Origin: Pseudomonadota bacterium
GTDB taxonomy: Bacteria > Myxococcota_A > UBA796 > CAJQPC01
DNA length: 64,000 nucleotides
Direction of reading: 5' to 3'
NCBI GenBank assembly: GCA_024228935.1
Contig: JAAESX010000032.1
Coordinates: 25,043-89,042, forward strand
In this document: piece after piece, positions 43,232 to 50,294 of the stretch
Position numbering within the stretch: position 1 is the first letter of the stretch
How the letters are laid out: every line of letters starts with the position of its first letter
The notes under the pieces: model-generated
Databases searched by the model: none
Told to the model about the DNA's origin: nothing
The model's input: the letters and a program-made list of their open reading frames with translations, nothing else
Program-made: the position numbers and the translations under genes

Positions 43232-45220
43232 ATGATCCGCATCGAAAGGCCGAAGGCGCCGGACATCTACGCGAGCAAGGCGTACCAGCAGGCGCAGCTC
43301 GAGTTCGACGCGCACTATCGGGACACCGACCTCAAGGTGCGCCAGCAGAAGAGCTTCCGGGCTCCTTCTTCGTCGGGCAGCGTCGAGCGGTTCCTCGACC
43401 GCACTCGCACGAGGCTCGAGGCGGCCCAGCTCGGCAAGTGCGCGTACTGCGAGACCTCACTCGACCTCACCCTTCGGGCAGCCGAGCACGACCACTACCG
43501 ACCGGCCCGAGGCGCCCGCGGCCACGATGCGTTCCACGACGAGCACTACTGGTGGCTGGTGCTGGAGTGGGACAACCTCATGCTCCTGTGCCCGCGCTGC
43601 AGCATGGCGAAGGGGAGCTGGTTCCCACTGGCGGACGAGTCCACTCGGGCTGCCGTCGGTGCGCGCGGCCAGGATCTGGCGGGGGAGGAGCCACTCCTGC
43701 TCGACCCGTTCGTGGACGAGCCGAGCGAGCATCTGCGCTTCCTCGACGACGGCAGCGTCTCGGGTCGGACGGTCCGCGGTCGCACGACCGTCGAGATCCT
43801 GAACCTCAACCGGCCCGACCTTCGCCAGCAAAGGGCGTCGCGCATCGACGCGCTGTATCGAACGCTTGACCTCGGCCAGGACGTCGCGACGCTGCTGGCG
43901 CCTGCTTCGCCGTATGTGGGCGCCGCTCGCGCAGCAATGGCCCGCCGCAACCTCACGGTCGACGGCCCGCCCGTCGAGCCCCCTGACACCGGCACCGGCG
44001 GCCAGGCTCCCTGGCTGCTGCTCCTCGGCGAGAACGCCGTCGGCAAGAGCAGCGTGCTCCAGGCGCTCGTCCTCACGCTGATGGGCCGCGAGGCGCTGGA
44101 GGCCCAGGCCCACGTCTCGCCGATGGACGTGCTCCGCTACGTGCGCGAGGGCGACTAGACCGTTCATGTCGACGAGGGCTTCGTCCGCGTCTGGGTCGAT
44201 GAGCGCGATGAGCCCCTCGAGCTCCTCTTCCTCAAGGGCGACGAGCGCTTCACCACCAACGTCGACGAGCCCGAGACCACCATCTACGGCTACGGCTCGA
44301 TGCGCCTGATGGCCAGCCAGTCCCTGCCGTCGCCCGACTCCAGCGGCCGGGTTCGCGCCGACAACCTGTTCTCGGGCGAGGTGCCCCTCCACGACGCCGA
44401 CGCCTGGCTTCGCGAGCTCTACGATCAGGGCCAGGACCGGTACGCGACCGAGCTGACCGCGTACGACCTCATGGTCCGCGGCCTGCGCACGCTCCTGCGG
44501 ATGGAGGACGACGCCGAGACGTTTCGCGTCCACGGCGGGCACGTCTACGCCGACTTCCGCGGTCGGACCGCTCGCCTCGACCAGCTCAGCGACGGCCAAC
44601 GGACCATCGTCGCGCTGACCACCGACATCATGAGCATGGTCCACCAGTCGGGCACCTCGACGCTCGAAGCCGAGGGCATCGTCGTCGTGGACGAGATCGG
44701 CGCGAACCTGCACCCCTCGTGAAAGAAGCGCATCGTCGAGGGCTTCCGCCGGGTCTTCCCCCGGCTGCAGTTCATCGTCACGACCCACGAGCCGCTGTGT
44801 CCGCGCGGCATGCGGGCGGGCGAGACCGCGCTCCTTCGCCGGGACGAGGCTGGAGCCGTCCACGCGATCACGAAGCTCCCCGACCCGTCCGAGCTGCGGG
44901 TCGAACAGCTGCTGACCAGCGAGTTCTTCGGTCTGTTCTCGACCGTCGATCCGGAGATGGAGGCGATCTGGCGCCAGTACTACCGGCTCCTCCACCGCGA
45001 GGACCCGACGCCGGCCGAGCGGGAGAAGCGAGACGCGCTGAAGGTGGTCCTGCGGGAGAAGCGGCACCTGGGGGACTCGCTGCACGACGAGCTGATGTAC
45101 GAGGTCATCGACACGCTGTTGGCCCGACGCGCGCATGCGACCACCCCGGTCGCCCGAGGGGCCCTCCGTGCCGAGACGGTCCGCAAGGTCCTGGCGTCAT
45201 GGGATGAGGAGGGCCTGTGA
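43232..45220 (+). pseudogene. HNH(TIGR02646-like)-AAA ATPase fusion (PtuA-like), interrupted by two in-frame stop codons
   Basis: AGGAGG RBS lies upstream of ATG 43232. Track ORFs 43232..44158, 44300..44722 and 44810..45220 are all in one frame. Joined, they read KCAYCE..EHDHYRP..NLMLLCPRC (HNH-like), Walker A LLLGENAVGKSS, YGYGSMR, LSDGQR, Walker B IVVVDEIGANLHPS, then [TGA]KKRIV..FPRLQFIVTTHEP. The stops are TAG 44156-44158 and TGA 44720-44722. Confidence 0.65.
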
Positions 45221-46146
45221 ACCCGATCGATCGCGACACGCAGGCATGCCCGGCCACGCTCGATCCGACGACCAACAGCAAGGGCGCGCGGGAGACGAAG
45301 CGGTTCATCGACCACGTCACCACCGGGACGCCCAAGCCGGGCCTCGAGGCCTATGGCGAGGACGACGTGAAACAGGCGCTGTTCACGCTGTTCACGCTGT
45401 TCACGCTGTTCACGCTGTTCTCGATGAAGTGCGCCTACTGCGAGAAGAACGTCGAGGACGCCCGCGACGTCGAGCACTACCGGCCCAAGAACGAGATCGA
45501 CCGGGGGCCGCCGCTCGGCAAGACGAAGCCCGGCTACTACTGGCTGGCTGCGGACTGGGAGAACCTGCTGCTGTCGTGCCCGCAGTGCAATCAGCGGAAC
45601 CGCAAGCTGATCAAGGATGAGAAGGGGCGGTGGGACTTCGAGGAGGTCTCCACCGGAAAGCTCGATCAGTTTCCGCTCGCGGTTGAGGCGACGCGGGTGC
45701 GCGAGCACGTGGGGGATGTGGCCGACGAGGACCGTCTGCTGCTGAACCCTTGCCTCGACCCGCCCCAGAAGCACCTGCGGTTCGATCACGAGGGGAACAT
45801 CATCCTGCGCCAGGTCCAGGGGAAGATCTCCGAGATGGCCCGCGTCTCGGTCATGGTCTACGCGCTCGACCGGCCCCGGCTGAACGACCGTCGAAAGGAG
45901 GCCTGGCTGGATGTGGCAGACCTCTGGGAGGATCTGGAAGAGGTCCGCCGCACGCTGACGAACGCGCTGGACAGCGACCGGGACCGCATTCGTCGCCGCT
46001 TCGCGAAGAAGAAGGGCAAGCTGGACGAGGCCCTGTCGTCGACCGCCGAGTTCTCGGCGATGACCACCCATCTCTTCAGGAAGATGAAGTGGCACAAGGC
46101 GCTCGAGGTCATCCGGGCCGAGCTCGACGCCCGGTTTCCGCCGTGA
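45217..46146 (+). CDS. TIGR02646-like HNH endonuclease (PtuB-like)
   Basis: GTG 45217 overlaps the TGA of the ATPase reading frame (GTGA). It has KCAYCE..DVEHYRPK..WENLLLSCPQCNQ and LLLNPCLDPPQKHLRFDHEGNI..LDRPRLNDRR, the same pattern as the N-terminus of the upstream gene. Confidence 0.8.
   Translation: MNPIDRDTQACPATLDPTTNSKGARETKRFIDHVTTGTPKPGLEAYGEDDVKQALFTLFTLFTLFTLFSMKCAYCEKNVEDARDVEHYRPKNEIDRGPPLGKTKPGYYWLAADWENLLLSCPQCNQRNRKLIKDEKGRWDFEEVSTGKLDQFPLAVEATRVREHVGDVADEDRLLLNPCLDPPQKHLRFDHEGNIILRQVQGKISEMARVSVMVYALDRPRLNDRRKEAWLDVADLWEDLEEVRRTLTNALDSDRDRIRRRFAKKKGKLDEALSSTAEFSAMTTHLFRKMKWHKALEVIRAELDARFPP
45379..45423 (+). repeat. 9-bp in-frame tandem repeat (ctgttcacg x4 plus ctgttctcg) inside the HNH gene
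   Basis: It encodes LFT-LFT-LFT-LFT-LFS immediately before the KCAYCE motif. Four copies are perfect and the fifth differs by 1 nt. Confidence 0.95.
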
Positions 46147-46155
46147 GTCGGGGCC

Positions 46156-47076
46156 TCAGCGCGTGAAGCTGTAGACCGGTTCGGTCTGCTCGACGCTGTA
46201 CATCACGACGTCGATCCGGTCCGGTCGCGCCGTCACGATGGCGTAGCCCAGGTCCGAGCTGATGAAGTGCTGTCCCGGCGTCCCCTGCTGGCCGCACAGG
46301 ACCTCGCTGGCGCCTTCCTCGTCGCACAGCGGCCGGGTCTTGCTTGCCGAGCCCGAGAGCACCATGTCGTAGGTCGCGCCGTCGATGTGCTCGAGCTGGT
46401 GGTCGTGACCCCCGAGCGCCAGGTCGACGCCGCACTTCGCGAACATCGGGTCGATGGCGGCTCGGATTCCGACCAGCTCACGGGGGTGGAGCCCGTGCAC
46501 GCCGCTGGACACCAGGGGGCGGTGGGCGAAGGCGATCTTCTGGCCCTCGCCAGCACACAGCTCGGCCTCCATCGCGGCGAGCATCTCGACCGTGCCCTCG
46601 GACTCGGGCCAGCGGTACAGCAGGTCGGTGTCCCAGCCGTAGACGGTCAGCCACTCGGGCAGCGCCGGAACCGCGTAGTGCAGGTCGGGCATCTTCCAGC
46701 TCGCGGACCGGTTCGTGAAGTCGATCTGCGCCTGGGCGCTCAGCTGCCAGTCGTGGTTGCCCATGACCACCCAGGTCGGCAGGTGGGAGACGGCCGCGAA
46801 CGGCTCCTCCCAGCTCTCGACGAAGCGCTTGCTCCCAGCCCGACGCGCCCCGATCTCGTAGACGTTGTCGCCCAGAAGCAGTGTGAAGTCGCAGCCCGCG
46901 CGGGCGCAGGTCTCGGCGGCGTGCTCGGCCACGACGACCTGGTCGGGGCCGGCCTTGCCCGAGTCGCCGAGCACCAGCATGACGACCACGTCGTCCTCGA
47001 CATGGTTCGAGTAGGAGACCGCCAGGGGAGTGGGGTCCTGGTAGCGGGGGCCGACGCAGGCGAGGAGCAGGAACAT
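46156..47076 (-). CDS. calcineurin-like metallophosphoesterase lipoprotein
   Basis: It has the leader MFLLLAC and the motifs VLGDSG, LLGDNVY, VMGNHD, AHRP and GGHDHQLEH (the purple-acid/calcineurin-like phosphoesterase set). Confidence 0.85.
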   Translation of the reverse strand: MFLLLACVGPRYQDPTPLAVSYSNHVEDDVVVMLVLGDSGKAGPDQVVVAEHAAETCARAGCDFTLLLGDNVYEIGARRAGSKRFVESWEEPFAAVSHLPTWVVMGNHDWQLSAQAQIDFTNRSASWKMPDLHYAVPALPEWLTVYGWDTDLLYRWPESEGTVEMLAAMEAELCAGEGQKIAFAHRPLVSSGVHGLHPRELVGIRAAIDPMFAKCGVDLALGGHDHQLEHIDGATYDMVLSGSASKTRPLCDEEGASEVLCGQQGTPGQHFISSDLGYAIVTARPDRIDVVMYSVEQTEPVYSFTR

Positions 47077-47108
47077 GCCGGGCTCGTATCACCGGATAGG
47101 GTGCGCGC

Positions 47109-48212
47109 ATGGACGTCACCGCCCGCCTGAATGCCGCCGTCGACGCGCTCGACGTGCAGACCGTCACGCCGCTGGGGGGCGGGGCGTGTCAGGACAACTT
47201 CCGGGTCGAGGCCACGCTCGAGGGCCAGCCCATCACGCTCGCCTTGCGCAGCGATGCGGCGAGCTCGCTCCCGGGCAGCATCGGTCGCGCCGAGGAGTTC
47301 CCCATCATCGCGGCCGCCGTCGCCCAGGGGGTCCCGACCCCACAGGCGCGCTGGCTGACCGAAGGCGTCGTCCGCGACGGAGCCCACGCCTACCTGCTGG
47401 ACTGGGTCGACGGCGAGGCCATCGGCAGCCGCGTCGTGAAGCACCCCACGCTCGAGCGAGCCAGGCAGCTCCTGCCCGATCAGCTCGCCGAGGCGCTGGC
47501 TGGCATCCACCGGATCGACCCGCAGAACGCCGAGCTGCTGCTGGCTCCGGTCCCGGATCTGGACCCGGCGGCGATGACCATCGCGTTCCTTCGGAAGATG
47601 CGGGACGAGCTCCCCGAGAAGCGCCCGGGGTTCGAGCTGGCGCTGCTCTGGGCGAGCGAGAACCAGCCCGAGCCCCAGGAGATCACGCTGGTCCACGGCG
47701 ACTTCCGGACTGGCAACTTCATGGTCGGGCCCGAGGGCCTGGTCGCGGTGCTGGACTGGGAGTTCGCGCACTGGGGCGACCCGATGGACGACCTCGGCTG
47801 GCTGTGCACCCGCGACTGGCGGTTCGGGAAGACGAAGCTCCCGGCCGGCGGTGTCGCCACGCGCGTTCGGTTCTACGACGCCTACCAGAAGGCCTCGGGC
47901 CGGGTGGTCGATCCGGAGCGCGTCCACTTCTGGGAGATCATCGGCAACCTGCGCTGGGGAGCCGCGGCGGTCTTCCAGGGTGAGCGGTACCTGTCGGGGA
48001 CGAGCCAGGACCTCGAGCTGCTGGCCATCCCGCGGCGAGCGGCCGAGATGGAGTACGAGGCGCTGCGCCTCATCGAGCTCGGTCCCCCCTGGGAGCTCGA
48101 GGAGCCGCCGTTGGCGGCCCCGGAGAGTGGGCGAAAGCCGTCGGAGCGCCGCCAGGCGTCTCCGACGGACGTACGGCTGGAAGAAGATCTGCCGGACACG
48201 GAGCTGGGCTGA
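47109..48212 (+). CDS. aminoglycoside phosphotransferase (APH) family kinase-like protein
   Basis: It has LVHGDFRTGNFMV (HxDxxxxN catalytic loop) and VLDWEFAHWGDP (DxE/DWE). The overall layout resembles the APH-family proteins usually found beside acyl-CoA dehydrogenases. Confidence 0.85.
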   Translation: MDVTARLNAAVDALDVQTVTPLGGGACQDNFRVEATLEGQPITLALRSDAASSLPGSIGRAEEFPIIAAAVAQGVPTPQARWLTEGVVRDGAHAYLLDWVDGEAIGSRVVKHPTLERARQLLPDQLAEALAGIHRIDPQNAELLLAPVPDLDPAAMTIAFLRKMRDELPEKRPGFELALLWASENQPEPQEITLVHGDFRTGNFMVGPEGLVAVLDWEFAHWGDPMDDLGWLCTRDWRFGKTKLPAGGVATRVRFYDAYQKASGRVVDPERVHFWEIIGNLRWGAAAVFQGERYLSGTSQDLELLAIPRRAAEMEYEALRLIELGPPWELEEPPLAAPESGRKPSERRQASPTDVRLEEDLPDTELG

Positions 48213-48604
48213 TGCAGGACCACCCCGACAAGCTGGCACTCCTTCAGGGCGTAGGCGCCTTCCTGGCCGGCGAGCTGGTCCCGAAGATCGAGGACCGCGA
48301 CCTGCGGTTTCGAGCACGCGTCGCGGCCTACCTCGTCCAGATCGTGGCGATGGAGCTGGCCTTCGACGAGCAGCAGGACGCGGCCGAGCTGGGTCGCCTC
48401 GGCGAGCTGTTCGACGAGGAGGTCACGGCGGCGCTCCCGGCGAGTGAGCGCAAGGCGGAGCTGCGTCGGCTGAACGACCTGCTCGTCGACCGGATCCGGT
48501 CCGGTGAGATCGACGAGGCGCTGTTCGACCACGTCACGACGACGCTGCGCGAGAAGCTGGCCGTGGTGCAGCCGCGGTTCGACACGCGGCTCGAGGTGGA
48601 GTGA
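48212..48604 (+). CDS. DUF6285-like helical protein (usual partner of the APH-family gene)
   Basis: Its ATG shares one base with the upstream TGA. 130 aa, helical, LLQGVGAFLAGELVPKIEDRDLRFRARVAAYLVQIVAMEL. The family assignment is from memory of this gene pair and is moderately certain. Confidence 0.7.
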   Translation: MQDHPDKLALLQGVGAFLAGELVPKIEDRDLRFRARVAAYLVQIVAMELAFDEQQDAAELGRLGELFDEEVTAALPASERKAELRRLNDLLVDRIRSGEIDEALFDHVTTTLREKLAVVQPRFDTRLEVE

Positions 48605-48611
48605 GCGCCGG

Positions 48612-48741
48612 CTGAGCTGTTGGGTGCGAACTGCCGGAATCGCGCAGTTGGGTGCGAACTGCCGAAATCGCGCAGTTCAGCTCGGATCAGGCGCTGATCG
48701 AGGCTGAACTTCCGGATCTGAGCTGTTGGGTGCGAACTGCC
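48612..48741 (+). repeat. three copies of a 17-mer (gttgggtgcgaactgcc) in a convergent intergenic region
   Basis: The copies lie at 48619-48635, 48647-48663 and 48725-48741. The first two form a 28-bp tandem unit (ttgggtgcgaactgccgRaatcgcgcag). The first and third share a 24-bp identity (ctgagctgttgggtgcgaactgcc). An imperfect palindrome, ttcagctcggatcag-gcg-ctgatcgaggctgaa, lies between them. Confidence 0.9.
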
Positions 48742-48777
48742 CGCCCCCGATTCGCCGATTCCCCGACGCCTCGATGA

Positions 48778-49944
48778 CTAAGGAACCGCCTCCTCCACCA
48801 AGCGGTACCGCCCAAAATCAAACGGCTCCCCAGGCGCCGCCTCGACCTTCTCGATCCGCTCCCGAATGCCTTGCTTCTCCAGCGTCTCGGCGCGGTGATG
48901 GCAGTACGGCATGTTCCCGCGCTTCCCGAGCAGCGTGTGGCTCGTCCAGGCGCAGCCCCCGCGGCACACCTCGGCGTAGTAGCAGCCCTTGCAGTGGCCC
49001 CACAGCTCCTCGGTCGTCCGGTCCCGAGCGAACGTCAGCCGCTCCCACACCTCGGCCAGCGGCTCGGTGCCCACGTTGCCCTTCACGTACGGCGCGCTCG
49101 GCAGCGACGGGCAGCCCTTGGTGTCGCCGTTGGACTCGATGCCGAGCACGTGCCGGCCCGCGGCACAGCCCTGGAACGGGTCGATGCGGATCCACCGCTC
49201 CCAGGGACCGAAGTACCCGAGGTTGTTTCCGGCCGCGACCAGCACCCCACGCTCACTCGCCGCCTTGGCGATGCGCCCCAGCCGCGGGATGAGGTCGAGC
49301 ATCTGGTACGGCTGCAGCAGCCACTCATCCCGGTCCGCCGCGCGCCCCATCGGACCGGTCAGCTGGACCTGCCAGCCGACCACGCCACAGGAGAAGAGCG
49401 TCTCCGCCAACTCCTCGACCTCGCCCAGGTTGAGCTGGTTGAACTGGGTGTTCGCGAAGGGTCGGATGCCCGCGTCGCGGATGTGTCCGAGCGCCGCGAT
49501 GGCCGCTCGGTAGCTCCCCTGCACCGCCCGCAGGGTGTCGTGGGTGCTCTCCAGTCCGTCGATGCTCACGCTGATGGTCCGTAGACCCGCCGAGGCACCC
49601 GCCCGAGCCATCTCCGCATCCAGCGCTCGGGCCCCCGTCGTCATCCCGCAGTGGATCCCGCGAGCCGAAGCCACGCGGACGATCTCGAGCCAGTCGGGGT
49701 TCAGGTAGGCCTCGCCCCCGATGAACGTGATCTCCTGGGTTCCGGCGTCGACGAGCTGGTCGAGCACGTCGAGCGCCTGGGGCAGGGTCAGCTCGTCCGC
49801 GCGCACCTGTCCCGCTCGGCTGCCGCAGTGACGGCAGGCCAGGTCGCACTTGAGCGTCAGCTCCCAGACAACGTAGCGAGGGTGGAACCCGGACTGCGGG
49901 TCGACCTGGCGTCTACCCTTCGGCACACTCATCGTCGTCGCCAT
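48778..49944 (-). CDS. radical SAM enzyme with C-terminal SPASM domain
   Basis: It has VVWELTLKCDLACRHCGS (CxxxCxxC cluster), ITFIGGEA, and SPASM-type Cys clusters GCAAGRHVLGIESNGDTKGCP and CKGCYYAEVCRGGCAWTS. Possible starts are ATG 49944, ATG 49932 and GTG 49926, all overlapping the end of the upstream gene. Confidence 0.9.
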   Translation of the reverse strand: MATTMSVPKGRRQVDPQSGFHPRYVVWELTLKCDLACRHCGSRAGQVRADELTLPQALDVLDQLVDAGTQEITFIGGEAYLNPDWLEIVRVASARGIHCGMTTGARALDAEMARAGASAGLRTISVSIDGLESTHDTLRAVQGSYRAAIAALGHIRDAGIRPFANTQFNQLNLGEVEELAETLFSCGVVGWQVQLTGPMGRAADRDEWLLQPYQMLDLIPRLGRIAKAASERGVLVAAGNNLGYFGPWERWIRIDPFQGCAAGRHVLGIESNGDTKGCPSLPSAPYVKGNVGTEPLAEVWERLTFARDRTTEELWGHCKGCYYAEVCRGGCAWTSHTLLGKRGNMPYCHHRAETLEKQGIRERIEKVEAAPGEPFDFGRYRLVEEAVP

Positions 49945-50263
49945 CGATCAGGTCGTCGCAGTCGTTGTCGATGCCGTCGTCGCAGGTCTCGGCCGCGTCG
50001 GGGTTGACCGTGTCGTCGGCGTCGTCGCAGTCCTCGAGCACGCCGAAGCCGTCCAGGTCCGCGTCCACGAAGCCGCTGTCGGTGCTGATGATCCCGCTGT
50101 CGCTCGGGGCCACGCCGTAGCAGGCCGTCAGCGCCACGGTCGCACCGGCTGCGAAGGCCAGTCGGCCCCAGCGGGTCAGCGTGCCGCGCGTGTCAGCGGC
50201 GCAGTGGGGGCAGCTCGCCTCCTGGTTGACGAGGAAGCGGTCACATTCGGGGCAAGGGATCAT
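49913..50263 (-). CDS. zinc-ribbon / single-TM protein with one extracytoplasmic Cys/Asp-rich MopE-type module
   Basis: It reads MIPCPECDRFLVNQEASCPHC (CPxC..CPxC zinc ribbon), then a TM segment LAFAAGATVALTACYGV, then DADLDGFGVLEDCDDADDTVNPDAAETCDDGIDNDCDDLIDGDDDEC. A GGAGA RBS lies 5 nt before the ATG. Confidence 0.8.
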   Translation of the reverse strand: MIPCPECDRFLVNQEASCPHCAADTRGTLTRWGRLAFAAGATVALTACYGVAPSDSGIISTDSGFVDADLDGFGVLEDCDDADDTVNPDAAETCDDGIDNDCDDLIDGDDDECAEG

Positions 50264-50294
50264 GGGCGTCTCCAGCCCGGGAGTGTGCCAGACC

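Noticed and set aside
44720-44722. TGA read as Trp or selenocysteine (recoding) in the ATPase gene.
   Set aside because: TGA is used as an ordinary stop by many well-defined genes in this window (for example at 4149, 5957, 11185, 28308, 39420 and 61278). The same gene also carries an in-frame TAG, and no SECIS-like context is evident.
43113-46155. The defence-like islet as part of a mobile element or prophage.
   Set aside because: No integrase, transposase, tRNA or flanking direct repeats were found. The GC content and codon style look like the surrounding genes. Horizontal origin cannot be excluded without a genome-wide compositional comparison.
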